From the NCBI RefSeq assembly GCF_006345805.1, contig NC_043001.1, positions 59,644,001 through 59,708,000 of the forward strand: DNA of 64,000 nt, read 5' to 3'. This document shows positions 1 through 12,430 of the stretch, in pieces. Made by a program: the position numbers and the translations under genes. The notes under the pieces were generated by a model. The model was not told the origin of the DNA. It did no database searches and saw only the letters and a program-made list of their open reading frames with translations. Position 1 is the stretch's first letter. Each line of letters starts with the position of its first letter. The DNA comes from Octopus sinensis. Lineage: Eukaryota.

Positions 1-166
1 TCGCATTGGCCATGGCAGAGAAAATTGTCATGGTGGTACCTGCTCAGGGGCCTATGCAAATTTGCAGAAAGTGTATGGAGAGAAGTGTGTGGGACGCACA
101 CAAGTGTACGAGTGTTGTGCCTAGTAACTTCATTCTGAATGCTTTAGTTTTGTTAGCATATCAATC

Positions 167-398
167 CGGCGGTGAGCTAGCAGAATCGTTAGCATGCCAG
201 GCGGAATGATCGGCGGTATTTCGTCTGCCGTTGCATTCTGTGGTCAAGTTCCGTCGAGGTCGACTTTGCCTTTCATCCTTTTGGGGTCGATTAAGTAAGT
301 ACCAGTTGCACACTGGGGTCGATGCAATCGACTTAATCCCTTTGTCTGTCTTTGTTTGTCCTCTCTGTGTTTAGACCCTTGTGGGCAATAAAGAAATA
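167..398 (+). mobile_element. tRNA-derived SINE, family B
   Basis: Head GGCGGTGAGCTAGCAGAATCGTTAGCATG, then body GAGGTCGACTTTGCCTTTCATCCTTTTGGGGTCGATTAAGTAAGTACCAGTT. The same body recurs at 30180-31070 and, inverted, at about 54450-54570. Confidence 0.8.
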
Positions 399-450
399 TA
401 TAACAATCCGGATACTTATTGATCAGACCATGTATATATTCTTTGTATTA

Positions 451-910
451 TTCTTTCACGTGTTTGAGTCATTTGACTGCGGCCATGCTGGAGCATCACC
501 TTAAGGGGTTTCAGTCGAAGGAATCGATCTCTTGTCTTACTCTTTGTAAGCCACGTACTTATTCTATCGATATCTGTTACCGAACCGCTAAGTTACGGGG
601 ACATAATCACACTAGCGTCGGTTGTCAATTGATGGCGGGGTGACAAACACAGACTATCGTATACACACGCGCGCATAGGTACTATCGTATACACACGCGC
701 GCGCGCACACGCACACACACACACACATATATATATATATGTGTGTATATATATATATACATACGACGGACTTCTATCAATCCACTCAGAAGGCTTGGTC
801 GGACCAAGGCTATAGTAAAAGAGCCTTGGCAAAGGAATTACGCAGTGGGACTGAACTCGGTACCATGTGTTTGAGAAACAAACCTCTTACTACACAGCCG
901 TGCCTGCACC
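451..910 (-). mobile_element. tRNA-derived SINE, family A (internal CA/TA microsatellite)
   Basis: Reverse complement has an A-box-like GGCTGTGTAGTAAG, a B-box-like GAGTTCAGTCC, an internal microsatellite and the tail GCTCCAGCATGGCCGCAGTCAAATGACT shared with the copies at 4050, 18183, 21032, 23055 and 31258. Confidence 0.8.
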
Positions 911-954
911 CTACACACACACACACGCGCGCGCGCGCACGCACACACGCACGA

Positions 955-996
<42 letters not shown>

Positions 997-1981
997 GAGA
1001 TATGGATAAACATTCAAAATCGTTATGTATATTGTTATGCATATGCGATTGAGACTGTGTGTGTACCTGCAGACAAAATATAATAATATTATAGATAGAG
1101 TAAAGCCCTACATCCTTATTATATGCATTCTTTGTGCATTTTACACATAGACCGAATTGAACTGAGAAATGTGTTTTTGGAAATCCCTGTATGGAAATTA
1201 TGACAGCTGCATGTATATACGATACAAATCATACACTTCTCATTCACTGACACATTAGGTTGCATGTATATAAACACTCAATCTCTCTCTCTTTCTCATT
1301 CTCTTACTTTCATTCTTTCTTTCTCTCTCTCTCAGTCTGTCTGTCCCTCTCTCTCTCTCACACACACATATGGATACATCTCTAGCATGCTATTTCTCTA
1401 TTTATGTATCTATCAATCAACTTATCTATCCACCTGTTTATCTCTATATGTGTGCGTTCCTGTATGTGTGTGTTTCTGTATGTGTGCGTGTGCGCATGGA
1501 TATATGTGTGCATATCTAACATTCTGCCGCTCTCTGTATATGTGAACCCTCGCAAATGACACCAGTTTATACATACGGTAAGGAATGGATACCCGCCTGT
1601 ACATATTTCAAATTCCTTAAGTGATGATAATTATTCACTGTAAACCATCTGTGCCATCTCTGATTCGATAGATCTGCTTGGAGCTGTTTTATTGCACATC
1701 GTTCTTTTTTCAATGGTTTCTTTAACCAAAATGTTTCGCTTTTCGTTTATAATTTTGGAAGTAAAAACACTCTTGGTGGAACTTTTTGTTAAATTTAATA
1801 CTTTGTATCTCTTTGAATTGTTCCTTATCGACTGTCTTTCCATATCTCTTAATCGTTCATATTTGTCTAAATTTCATGGTTCCTCTTTTTTTACCGTCTA
1901 TGTATACAACATCCAGATGTCTAGTTTTCCGATTATTTGTTTTCCTCAAATAATATATGTATATACATATACATACACACA

Positions 1982-2025
<44 letters not shown>

Positions 2026-2032
2026 ACACTTA

Positions 2033-2096
<64 letters not shown>

Positions 2097-2350
2097 GTTG
2101 CTATTATGTTAAACTTTCGAATGTACAAATATGGCCAAATACGTTTTTTTTTTCAATCTTTATTTTTGTTTGCAATAGCCAGTTCTTCTGGTCAAACTAT
2201 CGTATCTCCAGCTGCTTCAGATGCCAAGATATTAAAATTTCTCAAAGTATAGTACAACTGTTTTGCTATGGAATGGTGAAACTATTTTTTCATTTTCTGA
2301 AAAAGCAGAGTTTTGTACTTACGACAATTTTGAATAATAGCAACGATATA

Positions 2351-3630
2351 TTGGGTTGGCAACTAAGTTCTCGCGGGTTTTTTAAAATTTAAATGTTTGA
2401 AAAGGTTTAACAAAAAATAACTAATTAATCAATAATGTATTCATCCTTGTTGTTTACAACTTCTTTCCAACGTTCATCAAGATTTTCAATACCTCTTTGG
2501 TAGAAATCATCCGTTTTCCACTCGAAAAATTGATCCAACGAAGCTCTCAATTCTGCATCAGTATTGAACGAAACTCCGCGCATAGCATTTGAAAGAGATC
2601 GAAAGAGGTGGAAATCCGTTGGTGCCAAATCAGGAGAGTACGGTGGGTGTGGCAGCATTGCGTTTTAATGGCTTCTTTGGTCATATTGGCGATATGAGGA
2701 TGGGAGTTTCGTGCAGCAGAAGAACTCCATACTGCCGATTAGGTCTTTTCTCTTGAATAGCCGTGTTGAGTCGTTCCATCCGTTAAACATAGAGTTCCGC
2801 TTTGACCGTTTGGTTCCGTTCAAGCAATTCGTATTGGATAAGCGCTTCCCAACCCCACCGTAAACACACATTGTTTTACGCGGATGAAGATCTCGTTTCA
2901 CGCACGGTGTCGCTTGTTTACTGGGGCTAAGCATTTCCTTCCGCTGCTTCATATTGATGTACATGCACCATTTTTCATCACCAGTAACGATTCAGTAAAG
3001 AAATCGATGCTTGTATCATGAGTTGAGCAGTAATGAGCAAGCAAACCAGCTGAGATTGTGGCTCGTTGATTATTGTTTTTGTCACTTGAATAATGCGGAA
3101 TTCATGCTCCATACTTCTGAACCTTACCCAACGAGTGAAGATGCTTTTCTATAGCAGTGTGAGAGCATTCCACTTTCTCTGTCAGTTCTATTGTCGTTTG
3201 ACGAGAATTTACGTACAAAAGTTGGTTTAATCGCTCTTCATCGAACTCAACTGGATTGCCAGAACGAGGTGCGTTTTGAGGTAAAAATTTCCAATTTTGA
3301 ACTTAGCATACCAATCACGAGTGGTTCTTTCAGCTATGGCACCCTCTCCATACACAGCAGAAATGTCGCGAGCAGCTTTTTCGACCTTAGAACATTTATT
3401 AAAAGCAAAAAGGAGATGTTGAAAATGCTCTTTTTTCTTAACTTGACATTTCATTTTAATGATCTGAAAATAAACGAAAGTTAACTAAAATTAACTAGAA
3501 AGAAAAAAAAACTAAATAGATTCCAAAATGATTCAAAAATAGAATTTTCGAAAAACATAGATTCCAAAATTTAAAGACGCAATAATTTCCCAAATTTAAA
3601 AAAGTGACGGGAACTTAGTTACCAACCCAA
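2351..3630 (-). mobile_element. Full-length (about 1.28 kb) mariner DD34D transposon, transposase pseudogene
   Basis: TIRs TTGGGTTGGCAACTAAGT (2351-2368) and ACTTAGTTACCAACCCAA (3613-3630), one mismatch, flanked by TA. Minus-strand peptides: MKCQVKKKEHFQHLL..., *IPH (WVPH motif), IVTGDEKWCMY, and HPPYSPDLAPTDFHLFRSL. Several frameshifts. Confidence 0.95.
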
Positions 3631-4049
3631 TATATATATATATATATATATACGTGTTCAGATTCACGGTTGAACACACATTAACATACCTTCGAACACC
3701 ATACACATATACTTGCATAAAGAAGCACACAACCAGGTGAACGCTCAGAGGTATTTATTTTTTGTCTGGAAATGTTAATTCATACTGACCCCACTCATAT
3801 TGTTAGCGAAGGCAAAATCAACAGATTCAAAAAATATCTGTGAAAATATGTACTCGTGGGCTTTATTTTAGTGTGGCCATGCTGCAGCACAGCCTATGCA
3901 ACAACTACTACACTCTGTGCATTAGTGATTACTTCAAGGATTGGCATAGATTACAATGTTAATGTCTGGTGCTAGCTCCTCAAAATATAACATATATAAA
4001 TCACTGCATATTATTTCTGTTTATTTTTTAGAGCTTTTTTCTCTCTTTT

Positions 4050-4492
4050 CTCTTTTACTTGTTTCAGTCATTTGACTGCGGCCATGCTGGAGCACCGCCT
4101 TTTTTTTTAGTCGAGCAAATCGCCCCCGGGACTTATTCTTTGTAAGCCCAGTACTTATTCTATCGGTCTCTATTGCCGAACCGCTAAGTGACGGGGACGT
4201 AAACACACCAGCATCGGTTGTCAAGCAATGCTAGGGGGACAAACACACAAACACCAGCATCGGTTGTCAAGCAATGCTAGGGGGACAGGCTCACAAACAC
4301 ACACACACACATATATATATACATATATACGACGGGCTTCTTTCAGTTTCCGTCTACCAAATCCACTCACAAGGCATTGGTCGGCCCGGGGCTATAGCAG
4401 AAGACACTTGCCCAAGATGCCACGCAGTAGGACTGAACCCGGAACCATGTGGTTGGTTAGCAAGCTACTTACCACACAGCCACTCCTGCGCC
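4050..4492 (-). mobile_element. SINE family A, complete copy with a 46-bp internal duplication
   Basis: Reverse complement starts GGCGCAGGAGTGGCTGTGTGGTAAGTAGC...GGTTCAGTCC and ends with the family tail. CACCAGCATCGGTTGTCAAGCAATGCTAGGGGGACA occurs at both 4206 and 4252. Confidence 0.9.
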
Positions 4493-4499
4493 TGTGTCC

Positions 4500-6700
4500 A
4501 AATATTTTCAACGGTTCGCGGTAGATCAGTTTTTGCATTGGGAATATAGTCTTCGTGTAGGATCATTGCTCTGCGTCTAAAGTTATAGTTTGAAGACCTC
4601 AGTAGTGAGTAGTATTCCACAAGGCTGAGGATAATTATTCTCAAAACAAGTAAAATCATAGCTTTCTGGTTTCTCGGACTGAATTGCGTCGGTATCCATT
4701 TTGCCATTCTTGTACATTTTGCTACCTTGCTATTGTGTATATGAATGTTTCGTTGTTGCTCACTTTTAGTCCCAGGTCACGCACTGTGACTATGTAATTG
4801 CATCCCTTTCAGGTGCTGTGTACCCTAGTTGGAGAGAGTTTGTGGACTGACAAAAGAGTATTAGAATTTTTCCAGCGTTAAGTTGCATGATTTCTTCGGT
4901 CGAATTTTGTAATTCTCTCTAGGTTTGTTGCATTACTAAGTTTCTTATTTCGACATTCATCTTCAGCATACCTAGTGAGAATAGCTGTTTGCCTAATAAT
5001 ACAAAGTCTGAAGGCGTTCATAGAAAAAAGAAATTATTTCAAAAGTGCTACCAGTGAACATCATTGAAAATCATTTTTATTTTTATTTTTTGGTTTAAAG
5101 GATCACTGTTGGTTGCAATTATCTGGATTGTTATACAGTCACTATCTTAGTTTTGGTACAATTCTGAGATCACCCACATTGCGACACATCATCCGAAGTT
5201 CAACTTCCTCGAAATATTTCACAAAGCTGAGAAATACAACGACCATGTCCGAATAAGGGAAAGGTTGTTTCACACGTAGTGCTGCAGAAACTCTGTGCGA
5301 TACCATACCACCAAACAAAAGTTATGTTGAATGTTATTCGGTAGATTTCTTTTTCTTCTAACAATTTATCTGTTGTGTTGATGTATATGTTAAACGTCTG
5401 TAACTTTTGTATCTGATCTCTTTCTCATTTAAAGGTCTTCTTTTAAATATTATATTTTTCGTAGGTTTTGCACTTGGCAAGGATCCTTAAAAATCCACCT
5501 GGCTAAATCTCGTAAACTAAATCTCGTTTATATATTTGTAACCAGATTTCTAGGATTCCATCGGGATATGTTATTTGGTTTAAGCACATTTCAAATTTGA
5601 ACCTCTATTACCTCCTACATATGGCGTTGCTATACAGATATGTGATGTCGAAGATCTCATATGACATATGTATCTATCTACATGTGCCCCAGTGGAAAGG
5701 TGGACACACTTTTGAATAGATAATTCAGTTTTTTACTAATTCGTTTTACACGAAATAATTTCTTGGAACAATGGCTCTATTTTGAAATGCACTGTCGCTA
5801 ATTGTCTCTAAAAATTGAACAAATATTAGTGACACGCTTGTAAATTCTCTAGTGTTCTCTTCCGTTCTTGAGAAGTCTACATTTTGTTATCTGTTTCTAA
5901 GAGTGTTTATATTAAATAGGAATTTGGCCATTTTTCTTCTAGAGATTTCCTTTTGAATCGACTTCCAGTTAGCTTCGTAGAAGTCTCTTCGGCTTCCTTT
6001 GATCAATATTCAGTATGTTATGGTCCGAGATAATTGTAGGAGTCAACTTCACATTATCGATGTGTGCCATGATATTTTGTGAAGCAAGGAGCCGAAATGG
6101 TTAGCACTTTTTTGATTGAACTATAATTCTTCTATGAACAGGATATGAGAAAGGGGCGGAATGTATTGGTGTGCTGATCCAGCCTATTTTACTAAAATTC
6201 TCCCCAATTTTTTTTGTCGTGATTTGAGGCAAATGAGTTGTATATATGAATACCCAGAGTTTCTTAATATGAAATTAGAGAATTGCAAATTGAATTAGAG
6301 TGTGACAGAAATATTAAAGATGTGACGTTATTACGGATGCACATATCAATTTCATCATGACTTCCTACTTTCCAGTCAGTATTGAATACGAATTCTATGG
6401 TGAGTGAAAATCGGCATCTGCTATATATACTGTTAGACTATGCATATAGTCTTCTTGCATTTGACAAGTTCGTTCAAATATGTTTCTACTTCAGATACTG
6501 ATTTGTAACAGATCTCAACTATATGACAGTAACACTGCTGTGAAACTGGATGGGTATTAGTGGTGGCCATCTTCAATTTGCCATTTCTGACATTTTGTCT
6601 GCGTTTTGGCATCGTTTGTTTTGCATCTAAGATGTGTTTTACCATTACCTTACGTGCAGGTCCATGCATCTTGTATTCGTGTATTACATGATTTACTACT
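4500..6700 (-). pseudogene. Heavily decayed APE-RT LINE (CR1/L2-like)
   Basis: Motif remnants in the expected order on the minus strand: KLKMATTN (endonuclease start, about 6570), ISDHNIL (about 6020), YPDGI (about 5560), RVKQPFP (about 5265), VRDLGL (about 4775). No long ORF. Confidence 0.55.
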
Positions 6701-7154
6701 TTATGTTATTTTCTATGTTGAATGCAATGCAAGGGATATTATCAAAACTGGGAAACTTGTTGATGTGAAAACTCTAAAATACTTCTATACTTGTTATGGG
6801 GAACCTGGTGAAGAAAACAGAGGCGTTAGTTAAGGATGTATAGTATGGTGCTGAATGTAACTTACACAGAGGATTTGGAAACTTTATTCATGGTGGTAGT
6901 GGGGAGATACTGCTCAAGGAGAAAAGGGACTCATGAAGATATCCTTTGCACTCTCGATAGTTTACTTACAAATGCTGCTCTGCCGAGTAAATACGACCTG
7001 GTTTGTGAGGTCCACCAGTCGGCTTTGCTGTCTACCTGAGCATTTGCATCGCCGCCATGAAAAAATTCACTTGGTAAACTTGGAACATGTGTTTTTAATC
7101 TACGTTCAAGAATATTTGGGAACTATGCAATGGGAGTAGCTAATCACTTAGCAT

Positions 7155-7390
7155 CTATGTGGAGAAAGTAAACGGACATACGAATACATACATAGTACTT
7201 TCAAACATACATACAGATATGCATATACACATACATACAGATAAACATATATGCATATATACATATATACACACATACATATATACATTCATACACATGC
7301 AAACATACGCATGCAAGCATGCATTAATGCAAGTATGCATACATGCATACATACCTACATACATGCATACATGCATACATTATATCATAC
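7155..7390. repeat. Compound CATA/CA/TA microsatellite
   Basis: Direct reading of the sequence. Confidence 0.9.
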
Positions 7391-8470
7391 ATTTTCTCGG
7401 CGATCTTCGTGATAATCTGTCAGTACTGAGTAAACGTTTGTATGTATAAGAGTATCATTAAATCTGTTAAATCATATTTGTTCTCTTTACTTTTCTAATC
7501 ATTTATAAACCTTGTTCTTTGTGTTATACCAGTTTGTTTTTTACGGTAGTATATGTCAGTTCCTAACATCTCGTTCGCATCAAGCATCTGATTTCTTCAA
7601 AAATAATTGATTACATTGTATGACATTTTTTGTATCCAAAAAGATAGTCACATCTAGATCGCTTATTGTGACCAGTCTCTCACTGAAAAAGGACACTATA
7701 CGATATATCTTACAAAATTTCAACGGTCTTAACTTATCGGTACCTTGCAAGATTTGAACATCGACAGCTATGCACTTTGCGTTTGTGTCGTTTTCCGCTC
7801 ACAATATCAATTCTACGAATACTAAGCATCAAATTTTGTGTTAATCCATCACAAACCTGCAAAATTAACATCTCTGCCCTTCGTTTATCATATGCATTAA
7901 AGTTGTACTTACCCAAACACTAACTTTAATATATTTTTTATATTTTTACTATCGAGCAATTCTTTTGAAATCCATTTCCACCTGTAGTCACCTCAAATGT
8001 AATAGTATATATCGGTTCTATCAAAATGTGCACAGCATTGATATCATTATTTTTTCTTTTTTTGTTGGGGTGGTGGTAGTGGTATTACAATAGTTATAAA
8101 TCCGCTTCTCCAGGTTAGCTATAAAGTATTTTTCTTTCATATGCCCTTCATCTTGTCAGATTATTGATTTGTCCATATTTCCATAGCGTAGAGGATTTAA
8201 AGCAAGGTGGATTGCTTTCAGAAAGCTACTCAGTGTATTATTATTGTTTAGCTGTAGATCAATAATGATACAGCAGAAAGGCGATCAATGACACTCTTAG
8301 CTCTGAGCATCAGATTATTGTTAAATGTATTCGGTGGTTAAGACTGCATTATTTAATGTTTAGTCTTTCTTAAGTCTGGCATTTTAGGGGAAATTTGTTG
8401 CTTTATTTTCTCGATACAAATATCATGTATTTCATTTGATATAATATTAAAATTATTATTATTATTATTA

Positions 8471-8502
<32 letters not shown>

Positions 8503-8505
<3 letters not shown>

Positions 8506-10325
8506 TAGTTTTATTTTTATAGCGTGCTTTCACTTCACTACCGAGCGCAGCTCTGTGTGCCTTGGGTATGTGCTGTGATTTGTTGTGATGCTCTGATGGT
8601 TATTGTATGGAAAGTGTTCTGCGTAGGATGTGTGCAGTGCCTAGTAGTGCAATTTTCTGTATGTTATATGTGTTTGTAAGTCCTGGTGTTTTTGTTATGT
8701 ATTTGTCTGAATATTTTTTTATCATGCCTAATGCACCTATTATGATAGGAATTGATTCTGTTTTTAGATTCCACATTCTGGTTACCTCTATTTCCAGGTC
8801 TTTGTATTTTGAGAGTTTCTCCATTTCTTTTAGAAACACGTTGTCATCCACTGGTATTGATACATCAATTAGAAAACATTTTTTTCTTCATGATCTCTGA
8901 CAACTATATCTGGTCTGTTGGCCTTAATTTCTCTATCTGTGTGTATTGGCATATCCCAGATTATGGTTGCTTTCTCGTTTTCTGTGACCTTTTCTGGTGT
9001 GTGCCTATACCATCTTCTTTCTGTTGTTATTCCATAATGTTGGCATAGTTTCCAGTGTATATAGGTCCCGACTCTGTCGTGTCTGTGAATATATTCCTTC
9101 TTAGCCAGGACTGGGCAGCCAGAGATAATATAAATTATTGTTTCTTGTCCATCTCCACATATTCTGCAGTTACTTGTAATATTTCTTTTCATTACATGTT
9201 TTTGGTAATTTTTGGTGGGGAGGCTTTAATCTTGTGCTGCAATTAAAAATCCCCCTGTCTCTGCTTTGAGTCCTGAGCTTCTCAACCATTGTTGGGATTT
9301 TTCTTTGTCTATTTCTTTTGCATTTAGTTTAGTCCAGTATTTGCCATGAAGGGGCTTTTCTTGCCATCGTTTTATCATGTTTCGTTGCTGTTCTATTTTT
9401 AGTTTGGATTTCATTTGTTTTATAGCTTTTGTTGTTTCTTCTTCTTCTTCTTCTTCTTCTTCTTCTTCTTCTTCTTCTTCTTCTTCTTCTTCTTCTTCTT
9501 CTTCTTCTTCTTCTTCTTCTTCTTCTTCTTCTCTTCTTCTTCTTCTTCTTCTTCATATTTATTAGGTGGTATGATTTCTTGTTTGTATTTGTCAGCTTCC
9601 TTAAATACTGAGAACAGTTTTTCGTTTTGCTCGTGTTTTCCCGCTATTTGTATCAGTTTTCCTTCCTTCTGAAGTAGATATTTTTGCAGTCCTATGGTGG
9701 TTATTTTATAGTAGTTTTCCAGCTGTATAAGGTCTCTACCACCATCTATACTTTGTATATATAGTCTTTCTATGTCAGATTTTGGGTGATGCATCCTAGA
9801 TCCTGTCATTATTTTTCTTGTTTTCCTATCTATTTTGGTCATTTCATTTAGTGTCCAGTTAAGGATATTGTAGCTGTAACTTATAACTGGGACGGCTAAA
9901 GTGTTGATACCTATTATCTTGCTTTTAGCATTGAGCTCTGTTTTCAGTATTGATCTAACTCGTCTATATTATTCTTTTTTGATTTTCTCTTTCATTTGTA
10001 TGTGTTGTGTCTTATCTAGTTCATGAATTCCTAAGTATTTGTAAGTTTGGTTTTGGTCTAATTCTTTTATTTCATTGATTTTATCTAGTGTGATGTTGCT
10101 ACTCTTAACTAGTTTTCCTCTTTCCATGGTTACTTTGGCGCATTTTTCTAATCCAAATTTCATATCTATTTCTTTGGTAAATCCATGAACTGTGTTTAGT
10201 AGTGTTTCCAGCTGTTTGTCATTTGTAGCGTATAGTTTTAGGTCATCCATATATAAAAGGTGGCTGATCGTTTTGCCGTAACATTTATATCCGCATCTAG
10301 TTCTGTTTAGCATATCCGATAGAGG

Positions 10326-10329
<4 letters not shown>
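8503..10329 (-). mobile_element. 5'-truncated R4/Dong-clade non-LTR retrotransposon (RT C-terminus plus REL endonuclease), inactivated
   Basis: ISHLLYMDDLKLY, KFGLEKC, YKYLGI, CRICGDGQETIIYIISGC, RHDRV, RPDIVVRD, PIIIGALG and IQKIALLGTAHILRRTL, then a 3' UTR of about 100 nt running into (TAA)n. Both ends lie in TAA repeats. Nonsense codon at 9969-9971, plus frameshifts. Confidence 0.92.
9437..9555. repeat. (TTC/GAA)n tract of about 39 units inside the Dong ORF
   Basis: Direct reading. One CT interruption near 9530 shifts poly-Glu to poly-Lys. Confidence 0.95.
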
Positions 10330-10392
<63 letters not shown>

Positions 10393-10463
10393 ATTATTAT
10401 TATTACTATTATTATTATTATTATTATTATCATCATCATCATCATCATCATTATTATTATTAC

Positions 10464-10503
<40 letters not shown>

Positions 10504-11056
10504 GAGTGAGAGGGCAGTTCATGCCATCAAAGTGACACTGGGGTAAAATATACGAAGCCCAATATACCCATCATGACTACCCGTCTGATAAAGGTACACC
10601 AGGCACATGCATCACAACCATATATGCGCGACATGGTGATCTCATATCAAGATAAACAGCACATGACCTTGCAGGTGGAGCCCAGTTGGAATTTTCTTCA
10701 GGTTGAGTAGCCCATCCTGCTCAAAAGGTCCCTGAATAAGGGTTGCTTTAGGATGTTGAACGAAACACCTATGTTTCCAGAGGTGAATTATTCAAACCCC
10801 AAAGAATCCCTCTCAACACATGGCCATGATGCTCCCCCACTACTTCTGCTCGTGATCAGAGATGCACATATCATCAGCCACTAAGGGACATGCTCAACTG
10901 GTTAAGGCCAAACAACTGACAAGCAAATCTGTGGTATTGAGCAGAATATTTGTTGTAGCCCATCTTTTATACCAAGAGAAAACAATGTAGATGATAACAC
11001 TTCCAATCAGTTAAGATCAGAAGCCATGAGAGCCACTGCCTGGTACTGCATCAGGG

Positions 11057-11057
<1 letters not shown>
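10504..11057. mobile_element. 554-bp non-coding element between two (ATT)n tracts, probably a non-autonomous retroposon
   Basis: Sharp boundaries against pure ATT repeats on both sides, higher GC than the flanks, no ORF in the track and no TIRs seen. Confidence 0.6.
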
Positions 11058-11125
<68 letters not shown>

Positions 11126-11132
11126 CATTATT

Positions 11133-11992
11133 ATATGTTTAACTTTTGCTTTGTGTTTGTACAAGTTGGCTCCAGGTCTCGCCCAGAGACCTCAAGAGAC
11201 AAGTTAGAAGTTCATGTTAGTGATATGCCTAGGGTGTCATATATTTGGTTTTATACTACGTATTGTTCCAGAGAATGTTTAAGAAAACTTAAGAAAATTA
11301 TGAGTTTGTTTTAAAATTTGAGGTTACATAGACAATATTTTACGTAACATATGGGAAGTTACTGTGGGCACTATATTTTGAATTTTGGAGTTTCTTGGAC
11401 TAGGTAGGAATCAGCCCCTTTCGCTATCATTCATAGGGCACCTATAATTTCTATTTCAAAATCTTTATACTTTCTCAGTTTTTGGTAGGTCTCGACAGAT
11501 ACATTTATATCGATTGGAACAGTCATATGAATGAGGTGACATGCTTTTTGCCTGAAGTCTTTCAATATAATGTCTGGCTTATTCGCATCTATCTTCCAGT
11601 CAGTTTCAATGGTGAAGTTAACATCAAGTCATCAGAGATTTTCAGGTAGGTGTCTGGGCCGATTGTGGTAATCCTCATTGTTAATTCCAGCTGTGAATGT
11701 CCACGGCCACCCTCTTTTCTTGGCAGATAAAGTCATTCTATATCTGCCTTTGGTTGGTGCATCCTATGCACTGTTAACAATTTTCCTATTTTTCTGTCAA
11801 GATTACATATTTCAGTAATTGACCATTTAATAATATTGAAACTAAGTCACGACTGGTATGGCTTCGATCCTGTTTCTTGCATTCAGTTCTATCTTGAGTA
11901 TTGCTCTTGCTCTGCGATATCATTCTCTTCTGATTCTTTTCCTCATCATTGAATGATCGATTCTGTCCCCTTCGAATACCCCTAGGTATATT
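11133..11992 (-). mobile_element. Second, divergent and internally deleted R4/Dong-type fragment
   Basis: Minus strand reads YLGVFEGDRIDHSMMRKRIRRE*YRRARAILKIELNARNRI near 11990 and KIQNIVPTVTSHMLRKILSM* near 11330. Its 3' UTR differs from that of 8503-10329 and ends in (TAA)n. Confidence 0.8.
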
Positions 11993-12071
11993 ATTATTAG
12001 TGCTGTTGTTGTTAATAATAACAACAACAAAGACAATAATAATAATGATGATAATAATAATAATAATAATA

Positions 12072-12114
<43 letters not shown>

Positions 12115-12430
12115 TTAGTACAAGTTTACTGGTTAAAGAAATTTAGTAGCTTACATGGAAGGCTTAGGGAACAACTTAAGGGTTGTCCTAAAGGAGGAAT
12201 AATACCAAATTAGATGACTAGAGGGAGGACAATACTTATCATGTAAGGTAAGAGCAAGGGTAATACAGCTAGCAATTATAAACCCATCACTTGCCTATCA
12301 GTCGTGTGGAAGCTGTTTACAGGAATGTTTTCAGAAAGCATTTTCGAGCAGCTTGACAACATGAATTTACTACCAGAAGGACAGAAAGGTTTCTGGAAGA
12401 TGGCAAGAGGAACGCATGGTCTATTAAGTC
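12115..12430 (+). mobile_element. Third R4/Dong-type fragment (RT domains 1-2)
   Basis: Plus strand reads ASNYKPITCLSVVWKLFTGMFSESIFEQLDNMNLLPEGQKGFWKMARGT, directly after an (AAT)n tract. Confidence 0.8.

Noticed and set aside
6-209. 67-aa ORF at the window start
   Set aside because: Its last part runs into the head of a SINE at 167; no recognisable domain or splice support.
1620-1930. Possible LINE RT remnant (KTAPSRSIESEM resembling KAPGPDGI..EM)
   Set aside because: A single weak motif; too decayed to support.
1692-2392. 186-aa and 151-aa ORFs
   Set aside because: They are open mainly because (CA)n and (TA)n tracts lack stop codons in these frames.
9329-9672. Poly-R, poly-S, poly-F and poly-L ORFs
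   Set aside because: Alternative frames of the (TTC)n tract.
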